64,000 nt of DNA from Pseudomonadota bacterium (GCA_021325135.1 JAJPHT010000027.1:32001-96000), one strand, 5' to 3'. Counted from the stretch's first letter, positions 8,271-18,620 are shown. A program made the numbers and translations. The notes: a model not told the origin generated them from the letters alone.

Positions 8271-10888
8271 TGCACACCCGCCGCGCGATCCTCGTCCTCT
8301 TCCTGCTCCTCGTGCCCGGCCTCGCGGGCCTCGACTGGATCACGAAGACCGCGCAGGCCGCCATCCCGTACACCGACGCCGACTACGAAATCTTCGGACA
8401 ACTCCAAGTCCCCGCCAGCAGCGGAAGCCTCGGCGGAGGCTCCTGCTGCCCCACCAGCAGCGGCGTCACGCTCACCTCGGGCGTCTCCTACTACTTCTAC
8501 GTCGCCACGAACCAGGGCAACAGCATCAGCGCGTGCATCAGCAGCGCGAGCAACAGCGCGACGTGCGACGTGGTCCAGGCCAACGCCAACGGCGCCGTCG
8601 TCACGGCGGGCCCGAAGGTCTCGAAGGCCGACCTCGTGCTCAGCGCCAACGTCACCGCCTCCCCCTTCACCCACGACTACATGATCCTCAAGGTCACGAT
8701 GGCGCAGAGCGTGACCAGCTACTTCCAGAGCACGGGCAGCCCCAACAACAACTTTGGCGCCAGCTGGGTCCTTCCACCCGGCGCGGCGGGCTCGCAGAAC
8801 TCCCGCACCGGCATCCTCGGCTTCATCGGGGAGTGGTGCTACGGCGTCTCCTCCTGCCCGGGCACGACCGCCGGCTACGTCCTCCTCGCCTCGACACCCA
8901 CCCAGCTCAGCGAGAACGGCATCCTCTCGACCGAGACCACCAAGACGCCCACCTCCTCGCAGTTCCAATGGAGCCAGATCGCCGAGGGCGGCGCCCTCGT
9001 GAGCGCCAGCGGCACGGGCGCGGGCAACATGAACAGCGTCGATTGGGCGCAGAGCTTCAGCGCCGACACCACGAAGGGCGCATACCTGAGCCTCGCCACC
9101 TGGCGGCAGACCTTCGCCAGCGCGTGCAGCGGGACCTTGAGCGTCAGCATCGCCAAGACCCTCACGAGCCCTTGGGACACGACGCAAGAGTTGGCGAACC
9201 TCACCGCGACGATCACCAGCACCGCCACGACCGGAAGCAACGCCCTGGTGACCATCGACTGGCTCAACGGCCTGATGAGTAGCGACAACGCGCAGCTCAC
9301 CTTCGGCACGACCTCGTACAGCGTCGCCGGCCAGAGCAACGTCAGCCTGGGCGCCCTCGCGCCCCCCATCCAGAGCGGGACGTACTACCTCCACGTCCGC
9401 GACACCAGCTGCACCACCGCCTTGGTCGCCTCGCCCTCGTACTACTCAGGGGGCGACGTCTGGAAGCTCGTCAGCGGAACATGGACGGAAAGCAGCAGCC
9501 TCGACGTGCAAGCCCTGGCGCTGAAGGTCTACGGCGGCACGACCACGATTTGGAATCTGCCCGCCACGCCGGGCAACGTGGGCGGCGCCTTCTACGTCTA
9601 CGTCAAGGAGACGATCAAGGACACGGACCCCCAGCGGTACACGTTCACGACCAGCTGGGGCGGCGCAGCACGCGCCACCGGTTGGCAAGAGGCGGGTGGA
9701 ACCGCCACGACAACGGAGACCTGCCGCACCTTCGTCGGCATCATCACCATCCGGATGTGCAGCATCGGCCCCACATGGACCTCCTGCGCCGACAACAGCT
9801 GCTACGTCATCCAAGAATGGCGCCTGGGCTACCTGTCGTACCCGTGGAACCAGACCGCCACGCTCACCGTCACGCTCGACACGACCGGAAGCGGACGGAA
9901 CCTCCTCTATGCCGGCACCTTCACCGGAACGCAGCCCGCCCACCCGCACCTCAACGACCCCACCTTCACCGCGACGGGCCAGAACGGCCTCAAGACGTAC
10001 AGCCTCGTCTCGACGGACGACTACTACACCAGCGCGGCGTTCACCGTCTACGAATGCGCCGACGCCTCCTGCTCCACCTTCGGCGCCCCCGCGCCCAGCG
10101 CCGCGTGGAGCGCGACGATCAAGAGCTTCAGCACGCGCAACCTCGCCGGCAACCTCGACGCCAACGCCACGTTCACCATCACCGGCCAGGACCTCTCCGG
10201 CTCGACGGTCACCCTCGCGCTCACCGGCAACGGCTACGAGCCCACCAGCTGGACCATCCGCCCCCCGAACTCCGGCCTCTACTCCTACAAGCTGGGCCTC
10301 GGCAAGCTGGGCCAGACCAGCGGCACGCTGCCCACCCTCAACCAGCCGACCATCACGTTCTCGGGCAACACGACGCGGATCATCCCCGACCGCCTCTGGA
10401 TCAACCTCACGCGCAGCCGCAGCGCGAACCTCTTCGTCGGCATGGACCACGCCGACCCCGTCACCGGCGGCTGGACGCCCAACGTCGTCCCCGCCATCCC
10501 CTGGCTCGCCAGCGACACCAACCAGTTCCAGGTCCTCTACCCCAACCGCGCCAAGAGCAGCATCGCCGACGAAGGCCTCTACCTCGTGTGGGTGATGAAC
10601 GAAACGGGCACCGTCATCGCCTACCAGAAGGCCTTCGTAGAGCCCGCGGACGCCAACTGGACCCAGGACGACGCATCGATCACGCCCGACGTGCTCCGCC
10701 GCGTCAGCAGCACGGGCTACCTGAGCGCCAGCGAGGCCTTCCAGGACCAGCTCCAGGCCAGCCTCCTCCAAGAGCGAAGGACCACGCGCGACATGATCTA
10801 CGAGGACTTCCAGAACGTCCACAACTACGGCTGGTGGTTCGTCGGCCTCCTCTTCCTCCTCGCCGTCATCCGTGCCTTCCGGAGGTAG
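8270..10888 (+). CDS. Large secreted Thr/Ser/Gly-rich protein with C-terminal anchor, spike/adhesin-like (872 aa)
   Basis: Start MHTRRAIL coupled to the previous stop; signal peptide; NxS/T sequons; C-terminal TM followed by RR. Confidence 0.8.
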   Translation: MHTRRAILVLFLLLVPGLAGLDWITKTAQAAIPYTDADYEIFGQLQVPASSGSLGGGSCCPTSSGVTLTSGVSYYFYVATNQGNSISACISSASNSATCDVVQANANGAVVTAGPKVSKADLVLSANVTASPFTHDYMILKVTMAQSVTSYFQSTGSPNNNFGASWVLPPGAAGSQNSRTGILGFIGEWCYGVSSCPGTTAGYVLLASTPTQLSENGILSTETTKTPTSSQFQWSQIAEGGALVSASGTGAGNMNSVDWAQSFSADTTKGAYLSLATWRQTFASACSGTLSVSIAKTLTSPWDTTQELANLTATITSTATTGSNALVTIDWLNGLMSSDNAQLTFGTTSYSVAGQSNVSLGALAPPIQSGTYYLHVRDTSCTTALVASPSYYSGGDVWKLVSGTWTESSSLDVQALALKVYGGTTTIWNLPATPGNVGGAFYVYVKETIKDTDPQRYTFTTSWGGAARATGWQEAGGTATTTETCRTFVGIITIRMCSIGPTWTSCADNSCYVIQEWRLGYLSYPWNQTATLTVTLDTTGSGRNLLYAGTFTGTQPAHPHLNDPTFTATGQNGLKTYSLVSTDDYYTSAAFTVYECADASCSTFGAPAPSAAWSATIKSFSTRNLAGNLDANATFTITGQDLSGSTVTLALTGNGYEPTSWTIRPPNSGLYSYKLGLGKLGQTSGTLPTLNQPTITFSGNTTRIIPDRLWINLTRSRSANLFVGMDHADPVTGGWTPNVVPAIPWLASDTNQFQVLYPNRAKSSIADEGLYLVWVMNETGTVIAYQKAFVEPADANWTQDDASITPDVLRRVSSTGYLSASEAFQDQLQASLLQERRTTRDMIYEDFQNVHNYGWWFVGLLFLLAVIRAFRR

Positions 10889-10891
10889 CCC

Positions 10892-12016
10892 ATGCGCGCC
10901 CACCTCCTCGTCTTCCTCGTCCTCGTCGTGCTCCTCGCGCCCACGACGCGCGCCGACGACCTCTCGGGCAGCGCCCACCTCGTCCACGTCACGGACACCG
11001 CGAAGCACAGCGCCGGGGGCGACTCGGACGTGACCTACGCCGACTACCAGTTCACATTCAGCGGCAACGCCCCCGACCCCAACGCAGCCAATCCTTCGGA
11101 TCGCGTGGGCGGCGCCTGGCTCCTGCTCAACGTGAACCACAAGTACCACAGCGGCGGCTTCCTCAAGGAGGGCATTGACGAGACGAACGCCGTCTCGTAC
11201 ACCTTCACCTACAACGACGTGACGATCCTCTACCAGACCAACCTCCACGTCGAGACGCCGCACCGCGGATTCAGCCTCCAGACGCTCCAGGACTGGGCCA
11301 GCGGCGTCAAGGCGCAGATGACCGTCCACTTCGTCGTTTACGTGAACAACACGCGCCTCAACGACGACACCGAGTCCTTCCCCATCTGGAGCTTCCTCCC
11401 CACCTCGATCCCCGACACGCGCTTCTGGCTGAAGCAAGAGAACAGCACGTTCACCCTCACGCCCGACTTCGACGGGCGCATCCTGCTGCCCCGTTTCTTC
11501 AGCAGCGAACCCGCCGATTCTCCTGGACGCGTCGTTCTGGAGAACCAGACGTTCAATCGGCTGGAGATCCGCGTCAGCAGCCAGCTCACCCTCGGTACGG
11601 TGAGCCTCGCCTACGGCTTCGTCAAGGCCGGCGAGACCCCCTCGTGGACGCTCGGCAGCCTTCTCACGGACGCGGTGACCACCCTCGGCGGCCTCCTGGG
11701 TGGCTTCCTCAACAAAATGCTAGACTTCGTCTTCGGCTTCGTTCCCCAAGGCGACAAGATCATCCTCGTGAAGGACTTCGTCAACGAGCTCGTCGGCGAC
11801 GCCTACGAGGTCTTCCTCCAGGACCCGCTCCTCTTCTGGCACGTCGTCATCATCGTGAGCCTCAGCTACGGGCTCCTCCTTTTCATCGACCCCATGTTCA
11901 AGCACCTCTTCCACGGCCTCTGGATGCCCGTGCGCGCCGTCTGGTGGATTCTCAAGGGCCTCTGGATGATCTTCTTCTGGCTCGCCCAATTTGCCATCAG
12001 CAAACTCGCTCCTTAG
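10892..12016 (+). CDS. Secreted protein with multi-helix hydrophobic C-terminus
   Basis: Signal peptide; aromatic/hydrophobic C-terminal third; GGAGGT SD. Confidence 0.8.
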   Translation: MRAHLLVFLVLVVLLAPTTRADDLSGSAHLVHVTDTAKHSAGGDSDVTYADYQFTFSGNAPDPNAANPSDRVGGAWLLLNVNHKYHSGGFLKEGIDETNAVSYTFTYNDVTILYQTNLHVETPHRGFSLQTLQDWASGVKAQMTVHFVVYVNNTRLNDDTESFPIWSFLPTSIPDTRFWLKQENSTFTLTPDFDGRILLPRFFSSEPADSPGRVVLENQTFNRLEIRVSSQLTLGTVSLAYGFVKAGETPSWTLGSLLTDAVTTLGGLLGGFLNKMLDFVFGFVPQGDKIILVKDFVNELVGDAYEVFLQDPLLFWHVVIIVSLSYGLLLFIDPMFKHLFHGLWMPVRAVWWILKGLWMIFFWLAQFAISKLAP

Positions 12017-12026
12017 GAGGACCCCC

Positions 12027-13271
12027 ATGCACCGCGCCCTTCCCCTCCTTGCGCTCATCCTCCTTGCAGGCCTCCTCCTTGTCCCCCTGGCCCAGGCCAC
12101 ATGGAACACGACCACGAGCGTCCCGAGCAGCTTCCGCCCGGGGCGTAGCGTCACCTTCTCCTACACCGCGCAGAGCACTAGCGGCACCGACCTGCCTCTT
12201 CAATGGGGCGTCCGCCTCCTGACGTGCCGCGACTCGAACGCGGATGCCATCTGCTCCCCGAGCGACGCGAGCTACACCGACCGCGGCGAACAGACCCTGA
12301 GCCTCAGCGCCTCGCAGAGCGGCACCCTCAGCTGGACCGTCAACGAGCCCGGCCCCGAGGGGACGTACACCTACAACTTCAACACGCGCTGCACGGCCAC
12401 GCCCTGCACCAGCCAGCCCGCCGGCGGCAGCGCCGACAAGCACGGCACCTACAGCGTCCAGTATACGAACACCTGGACGCGCACGCTCACCGTCCCCTCG
12501 ACCGCGCCCACCGGCACCACGCAGACTGTCTCCTACCAGCTCACCAGCACCAGCGTGGACGACTTCCCCCTCAGCGGCACCGCGACGCTCTACAGCCGCC
12601 CCGCCGGCGGCACGGAGACGCCCGAGACCGCCAAGCCCTACAGCGTCGCCGCCAACAACCAGGTGACCCTCACCTGGAACGTCGCCTTCAGCAGCCTGGG
12701 CCCACAGCAGGAACGCCTCAACGACACGTTCCGCGCGGACCTCTTCGCCAACGCGACCGTCTTCGTGGTCCACCTCCATGTCCAGCAGCCCCGCGCCGTC
12801 TACGCGCCCAGCAGCATCTGGAGCCTCTACCTGACCTTGGAGGGCCACAACGGCGGAACGCTCCCCGTCGCGCTCGGCGGCCCCGTCACGATCAACCTGC
12901 GGAACAGCTCCTTCCTCGTGGGCACGACGATGCCCACCACGGACGCCAACGGCCAGGCCTACGTCAGCTTCGTGGGCGCCGCCGACAGCACGATCCTCAA
13001 CTGGACCGCCAACGCCACCGGCACCTGGCTGGGCTACACCTACGCCGTGACCGCGACGGGCAGCGTCACGTTCCAGAACCAGACCCCGCCGGACCTCTCC
13101 GGCAACGTCACGCAGCTCCAGCAGAGCGTGGACGACCTGGCTCTCCACGGCGTCCACCTGGACAACCTGGGCCAGCACGACCTCCTCCTCACCACCGGCA
13201 AGGCCGCCCTCGCGGCCCTCGCGTTCACCGGCGTCCTCGCGCTCGTCATCGTGATCGCCACGCGGTTCTGA
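12027..13271 (+). CDS. Secreted Thr-rich protein with C-terminal anchor
   Basis: AGGAGG SD; signal peptide ending AQA; C-terminal TM. Confidence 0.8.
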   Translation: MHRALPLLALILLAGLLLVPLAQATWNTTTSVPSSFRPGRSVTFSYTAQSTSGTDLPLQWGVRLLTCRDSNADAICSPSDASYTDRGEQTLSLSASQSGTLSWTVNEPGPEGTYTYNFNTRCTATPCTSQPAGGSADKHGTYSVQYTNTWTRTLTVPSTAPTGTTQTVSYQLTSTSVDDFPLSGTATLYSRPAGGTETPETAKPYSVAANNQVTLTWNVAFSSLGPQQERLNDTFRADLFANATVFVVHLHVQQPRAVYAPSSIWSLYLTLEGHNGGTLPVALGGPVTINLRNSSFLVGTTMPTTDANGQAYVSFVGAADSTILNWTANATGTWLGYTYAVTATGSVTFQNQTPPDLSGNVTQLQQSVDDLALHGVHLDNLGQHDLLLTTGKAALAALAFTGVLALVIVIATRF

Positions 13272-13655
13272 GAAACGCCCGACGACGACCGCACCGCAGC
13301 CGGTTGGGCCCGCTCGGCGAAGCCTATTGCCGCGCCGCGATGCCAACGGCGACGAGCCAAGCCAAGAGCAGGAGGCGTGCGAGCATCGAGGGATCGAGGA
13401 AGGCGATCATGGGACCCAACAGTGACGGTGATGCCCGCGCATCCTTGCGCGCGCTTGTCACCCGGCAGCAACCGGGCAAGTCTTCCCCGTTGACTCGACC
13501 CGTTCGGTTCTGACCCCTTGCCCGATAGCGAGGAAGGTTGTGAATCGAGTCGGAGCCACCTTTGGCCTCCCTTGCTCCGAGTGGTCGGGAGCCCACGCGC
13601 CCACAAGACGAACCTCCGGAGCGTTGAGGGCGCCCGACGCGCACGAGAGGCGCGC

Positions 13656-14279
13656 ATGGTCTCCATCACCGGCAAGCAGTTCTGCATCATCCTGACCCCC
13701 GAGGGCCCGCTCAAGTTCAAGTTCCTGGAGAAGGAGCACGGCCTCCTCCACGACCGCAAGGAGAAGAAGTCCTACGCCATCGTCCGCGAGGCCCGCCCCA
13801 CCAACTGGCCCCGCCGCTTCGCCAGCGTCTACCTCGTCCACGAGAGCAGCGCGCAGACCATCGACCTCAACGGCGAGCAGGTCACGATCCACGGCGCCAC
13901 CGTCCGCATCCTCGACCCCCTCCGGATGGTCGCCAAGGTCCAGCTCCCCCGCGAGCTTGGCGGGGACGGCGTGGAGCGCGAAATCAACCTCACCGCGGAG
14001 GCGATCTTCGACCGCACCAAGAGCACACAACTGCGCCGCCTCTCGAACCGCCGCTTCCAATGGTACCACGTCCTCCTCTTCGTCTCCCTGGGCTTCACCA
14101 TCGGCGTGGGCCTCCTCACCGGCATCTTCCTGGCCGGCGGCGGCGCGCACGCCGCGCCCGCGCCCGCGGACCACCCCGCGGTCTATGTCCCCGTGACCCC
14201 GCCCACGGGCGCGCAGAGCGGCCCCGTCAGCCCCACGCCCGCGACGCCCACCGTGCCGACGCCCGCCCCCGCCGGGTGA
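13656..14279 (+). CDS. Single-pass membrane protein with Pro/Thr-rich tail
   Basis: MVSITGKQF start; basic N-terminal domain, TM segment, P/T-rich C-terminus. Confidence 0.75.
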   Translation: MVSITGKQFCIILTPEGPLKFKFLEKEHGLLHDRKEKKSYAIVREARPTNWPRRFASVYLVHESSAQTIDLNGEQVTIHGATVRILDPLRMVAKVQLPRELGGDGVEREINLTAEAIFDRTKSTQLRRLSNRRFQWYHVLLFVSLGFTIGVGLLTGIFLAGGGAHAAPAPADHPAVYVPVTPPTGAQSGPVSPTPATPTVPTPAPAG

Positions 14280-14285
14280 GACCCA

Positions 14286-14570
14286 TTGGACGCGGGCCTC
14301 CTGCCGATCCTGGGCACCCTCGCCTTCAGCGGCGCGAGCCTTCCCTACGTCGCCCGCATCATCCGCCAGAAACGAAGCGACCAGCACAACCCCTGGACCT
14401 ACGTCTCCGTCATCGCGGGTTTGCTTTCTCAACCTCGCCTGGGCCTCCTCGTGGACGGCGGCCTCGGCTATTTCTTGGGCGACCGCAGTGGGATTGCCTT
14501 CTATGTGTTGGGCCTTGGCGTGGTCTGGTACTATGGTGCGGAATGGCAGTGCCGAGATCAGATACCTTGA
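14286..14570 (+). CDS. Small membrane protein, PQ-loop-like
   Basis: GGTGA SD and TTG start; SLPYVARIIRQKRS resembles a PQ-loop motif. Confidence 0.45.
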   Translation: MDAGLLPILGTLAFSGASLPYVARIIRQKRSDQHNPWTYVSVIAGLLSQPRLGLLVDGGLGYFLGDRSGIAFYVLGLGVVWYYGAEWQCRDQIP

Positions 14571-14867
14571 AAAACAGGACAAAAACCCCGAGTTTTGTTT
14601 TCACAGATCGTCGGCTTTTCCTCGGTAAAGAATCCCGCAAAGGAATGGGATGAACGGGCCCCCGCCTTGGGCCTTCGTCGTATTTGAATAGACGGGCCGT
14701 ACAATTCCTGGACCGGTGTTCTTGTCTCGGCGGCCCGCCGAAGAGTCACATTTCGTGATAGCCACGGTCCGTGCTACAGTTCGCGCAACTGGCCCATCGA
14801 GAAAAAAAAGTGCGTGACGAAGGTGGCAGCTTGCTGCCTGGATGGTCAACGGTGGCGCCGAGCGGTA

Positions 14868-15059
14868 TCAGCATTTGCTCGGATCCTCACGACAAAGCAC
14901 CGCGGTCGATTCTACGCAGAGCTTCCCTGTCACCGTTCCGATGCAGAACCCTGGCGTGCAAGTCCAGTTCTGTGGACAGGCCGCGGCAGCGTCTGGCGTC
15001 ACGAGGACAACCATACACGTCATGAGCGCCCCGATCATCACCAAAGTCACAAATCTCAC
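14868..15059 (-). CDS. Secreted six-Cys peptide (63 aa)
   Basis: Signal peptide ending AAA; mature CPQNWTCTPGFC...C...C...C. Confidence 0.65.
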   Translation of the reverse strand: MRFVTLVMIGALMTCMVVLVTPDAAAACPQNWTCTPGFCIGTVTGKLCVESTAVLCREDPSKC

Positions 15060-15562
15060 AGGCTCACATGTCCTCGGGCGAGTTTCGCCCGTGGCGTCTA
15101 TGCTAACTGGTAGTTTGAATTTTTCCCCGAGGTCGTTCCTGGGAAGAATTCGTCAGGAAGCACTTCGTACATGGTCCCACCTCGCCTGGCTTGCGAGAAA
15201 TCCTGTGGAATCTGCTCTAGTTCGGTTCTTCAAAACTTAAAGGCTGAACAGAACTTGCTCAATTCTTCGCAAGACATCCAGTAAAGGATAGAAGAAAGTT
15301 TCCCGTTATAGCCGCACCCGGTCCACGATCTCCTCACCTGGCATCGTGAATGCCATGTGAGAATGAAATCGAGTGGGGCGTGGACGGTCCACTGAGACTT
15401 TCGCTGCCCTCTCTGTTATTCATAAGGAGCGGGCCAGCATTCCACTGCTGAGGAGAATCCTCTTCGGGCGCTCTGTCGTCCCGACTTTGTCGGCACAGAG
15501 CATGTGAATGCCGGACGAACCTTCGTCGCGTTGAGGCCATCCGCAGGCCACAAGGACGGTGC

Positions 15563-15911
15563 ATGTTCGCAGCCGCCGGCAAGAAGTTCTGCATCATTCT
15601 GACTCTCAAAAGTCCGTCGAACTTCAACTTCCTGCAGAAGGAGCACGGCCTTCTCCACGACCGCAAGGAGAAGAAGTCCTACGCCATCGTGCGCGGGGCT
15701 CGCCCTATGAACTGTCCCCACCGCCTCGCCAGCATCTACCACGTCCACGAGGGCAGCGCGGAGACCATCGACCTCCACGGCGAGCAGGTCACGATCCACG
15801 GCGCTACCGTCCGCATGCTTGGCCCCCCTGCGGATGGTCGCCAAGATCAGCCTGCCCCGTGAGTTGGGCGGGGACGGCGTACAGCGTCAGGTAAACCCCT
15901 ACCGCCGAGGC
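15563..15911 (+). pseudogene. Frameshifted, truncated paralog of the 13656-14279 gene
   Basis: KEHGLLHDRKEKKSYAIVR is shared; extra C near 15825 shifts the frame; homology continues to about 15911 and about 50 nt upstream of the start. Confidence 0.85.
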
Positions 15912-16131
15912 TCGTACCGGCACATTCAGTGCTCCACACCTAGGTTATAAGCTCCAGGCCAGCGTTTCCAACTTGAGGAGAAGCCACTCCTACCATTCTG
16001 TCCTCTCTGGTGTGCTGGTACAGACCAAGTGATTCCCGGAGAAAAGCCAAGCCTGGGACGCCCCTCCCACGCGCATGCTTGGAAGCCTGTTGGACACCCT
16101 TATGGGCAGGACGCCCCTTGGGCCGAATGCC

Positions 16132-16857
16132 ATGCGCCTGCCCCTGGGGTGCCCGCCCCTCGACGAGCTGCTCCACGGGGGCGTGGAGTCGGGGGCGCTG
16201 ACCGAGCTGTTCGGCGAGGCCGGCGCCGGCAAGACCAACGTCTGCCTGCAGCTGGCGCGCAACGCCGCGCTGGCGGGGCGCAAGACCGTCTACATCGACA
16301 CCGAGGGCGTCTCGCTGGAGCGCCTCGCGCAGATCAGCGGCGACCACGTGGACCGCGTGCGGCAGAACGTCCTCTTCTTCGAGCCCTACAGCCTGCGCGA
16401 GCAGGAGGCCATCGTGGAGCGCGTCGCGCGCCTCGCGGCCGGCACGCCCGAGATCGGCCTCGTCTGCTTCGACAGCGCCACGCTCCACTACCGCATCGCG
16501 CTGGGCACGGGGGACGACGTGGGCGGCCGCCGCGCGCTGGCCGCGCAGCTTCACGTCCTCGCCGGCGTCGCCCGCAAGCGCGACATCCCCGTCGTCATCA
16601 CCAACCAGGTGACGACCAACCTGGACACCGACGAGCTTGAGCCCCTGGGCGGCCAGATCGTGCGCCACCTCAGCAAGGCCGTCCTCCGGCTGGACAAGGT
16701 CGCCCCCGGCCGCCGTCGCGCGACCATCATGAAGCACCGCAGCGTGCAGGAGGGGCTCAGCGCCGAGTTCCGCCTCACCAACGCGGGCGTTGTAGGCGAG
16801 GGCGACGCGCCGGCCCTCGTGGCCTCCGGCGCGCCGATCCGCACGACGGACGCCTGA
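16132..16857 (+). CDS. radB: DNA repair and recombination protein RadB
   Basis: GEAGAGKT Walker A, YIDTEG, ITNQV, KHRS basic patch, no RadA N-terminal domain. Confidence 0.92.
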   Translation: MRLPLGCPPLDELLHGGVESGALTELFGEAGAGKTNVCLQLARNAALAGRKTVYIDTEGVSLERLAQISGDHVDRVRQNVLFFEPYSLREQEAIVERVARLAAGTPEIGLVCFDSATLHYRIALGTGDDVGGRRALAAQLHVLAGVARKRDIPVVITNQVTTNLDTDELEPLGGQIVRHLSKAVLRLDKVAPGRRRATIMKHRSVQEGLSAEFRLTNAGVVGEGDAPALVASGAPIRTTDA

Positions 16858-16862
16858 GGCGC

Positions 16863-17441
16863 TCAGGGCGCGGCCCGCTCCACGACGGCGAGCCACGCCT
16901 GGGCCGGCCCCATGAGCGACTCGAACTGCGCGGGCTCCACGCGCAGCACGCGCCAGCCGTGGGCGAACGCGTCGCGGATCTCCTTCTCGCGGACGCGCCT
17001 CGGGCCCCAGCCGGGCGGCTCCCGGTCGCTGAAGACCAGCATGTGATATCGCCCTCCGGGCTCGACGACGGAGGCGAGACTCTCCACGTAGCGGGCGCGG
17101 TCCTCGTCGTCGAAGACGTGGAAGAGGCCGACGTCCAGGACGGACTCGAACTGGCGCCCCAGCGCGCCAAGGTCCAGCGCGTCCGCCACGAGGAGGTCCA
17201 CCTTGGCGCCGCGCGCCCGGGCCTTGGCCTTCGCCTTCTCGATGGCGCGGGGCGCGGCGTCGACGCCCGTGACCGCGAGCCCCCGCTGCGCGAGGAGGAT
17301 CGCGTGCTCGCCCGTGCCGCACCCCGCGTCGAGCACGCGGCCGCGGAAGGCGCCTTCGTCGGCGAGGCGCACGACGGCGGGCTGCGGGCGGCCGATGTCC
17401 CACGGGGGCGTCCCTTCGTAGCGTTCGTTGAACGAGGCCAT
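16863..17441 (-). CDS. Class I SAM-dependent methyltransferase
   Basis: PPWDIGRPQ, VLDAGCGTG. Confidence 0.9.
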   Translation of the reverse strand: MASFNERYEGTPPWDIGRPQPAVVRLADEGAFRGRVLDAGCGTGEHAILLAQRGLAVTGVDAAPRAIEKAKAKARARGAKVDLLVADALDLGALGRQFESVLDVGLFHVFDDEDRARYVESLASVVEPGGRYHMLVFSDREPPGWGPRRVREKEIRDAFAHGWRVLRVEPAQFESLMGPAQAWLAVVERAAP

Positions 17442-17502
17442 GGCCCCTCATCGTCCCGGGGAAGCAAGAGTTCATGCTCGCGCCGCGCGAGGCGGGCCCC
17501 CG

Positions 17503-18027
17503 ATGCTGGACGCCTACGCCGACGCCCTCCTGCGCGAGCGCCGCGAGAAGGACCGCGCGTTCAAGACCGACCCCCATTCGCCCATCCCGCGGGCGGAGCG
17601 CGCGTCGTTCCAGGGGCTTCGCTACTACGATCCCGATCCGTCGTACCGCGTCGTCGCGCGCTGGGAGCCCGCCGCGGCGCCCAAGCCCGTCCGCGTGCAG
17701 ACCAGCACGGGCGAGGTGCGTGAGTACCTGGACGCGGGCGTGCTGCGCGCGACGCTCCCCGTGGGCGAGGTCGCGCTGCACGGCTACGAGGGCGTGGGCG
17801 ACGGCCTCTTCGTGCCCTTCCGCGACGCGACCTCGGGGAAGGAGACCTACGGCGCGGGGCGCTACCTCGACCTGGAGCGGCCCCACGGCGGCGCGCTGGA
17901 GGTCGACTTCAACCGCGCCTACAGCCCGTACTGCGCGTACAGCGAGGACTACTCGTGCCCCTTTCCGCCGCCGGACAACTGGCTGAAGCTCCCCATCCGC
18001 GCGGGCGAGCGGAGCTATCACGAGTGA
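17503..18027 (+). CDS. DUF1684 family protein
   Basis: PFRDATSGKETYGAGRYL, DFNRAYSPYCAY, CPFPP. Confidence 0.9.
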   Translation: MLDAYADALLRERREKDRAFKTDPHSPIPRAERASFQGLRYYDPDPSYRVVARWEPAAAPKPVRVQTSTGEVREYLDAGVLRATLPVGEVALHGYEGVGDGLFVPFRDATSGKETYGAGRYLDLERPHGGALEVDFNRAYSPYCAYSEDYSCPFPPPDNWLKLPIRAGERSYHE

Positions 18028-18033
18028 GCAGGC

Positions 18034-18594
18034 TCAGCAGGTGACGCCGCAGTGGATGCTGTTCACGGCCCACGTCATGGCGCCGATGGCGATGGTGCCC
18101 ATGAGGACGCTGGTCATGCTCGCCATGCCCAGCTCCTTGCCCAGCTTCGCCATCTCCGCCTGCACCTCGGGGGCGGGCGGCGTCGGCGGGGCGCCGGGCT
18201 CGGGCGTGGGGAGCGCCTGCATCATGGCGAGGAGCTTCTTCGCCGTGGGCGTGATGATCCACACGCCCTCGATGAGCATGCCCACGGCCATGACGACGCC
18301 GAGGCCCAGCGCGGTGCCGTACCCCTTGATGCGGAACGCGGAGCCGATGTTGGAGAAGCCGCCCAGGAGGCCCAGCACCCAGAAGCCGGTGACGATGGTC
18401 ATGGCGCCCGCGACGTAGAAGTAGCGCGTCACGCCGCCCAGCACGGCCTCCAGGAACGGCCTCCGGAGGGGCGGCGGGCCCCGGGCGAGCACGCGGGGCG
18501 CGATGACCATGGCCCAGAAGAACGCGCCGCCCACCCAGGCGACGCCGCTGAGGACGTGGAGGAACCGGATGACCCAGATGTACCAGGCGGCCAT
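18034..18594 (-). CDS. Four-TM membrane protein
   Basis: RFLHVLSGVAWVGG motif and four hydrophobic segments. Confidence 0.75.
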   Translation of the reverse strand: MAAWYIWVIRFLHVLSGVAWVGGAFFWAMVIAPRVLARGPPPLRRPFLEAVLGGVTRYFYVAGAMTIVTGFWVLGLLGGFSNIGSAFRIKGYGTALGLGVVMAVGMLIEGVWIITPTAKKLLAMMQALPTPEPGAPPTPPAPEVQAEMAKLGKELGMASMTSVLMGTIAIGAMTWAVNSIHCGVTC

Positions 18595-18620
18595 GTCCGC
18601 CGGAGCCCGGCTGGGGTGCT

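Larger units (their letters stand above)
2500..15915 (+). mobile_element. Integrated rolling-circle provirus/plasmid-like element; boundaries approximate, left end may extend to or beyond the window start
   Basis: HUH Rep, translationally coupled ATPase, co-oriented membrane-anchored proteins, low-GC cargo patches, no housekeeping genes until radB at 16132. Confidence 0.7.

Noticed and set aside
13324-13410. 28-aa hydrophobic minus-strand peptide (type I toxin-like)
   Set aside because: Short, no clear SD and no supporting antisense structure; insufficient evidence
13604-15911. Repeat pair as DGR template/variable region
   Set aside because: Differences are not adenine-specific, include indels, and no reverse transcriptase is present
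15915-16130. tRNA or att/dif site at the right end of the element
   Set aside because: No cloverleaf or convincing direct repeat found by eye
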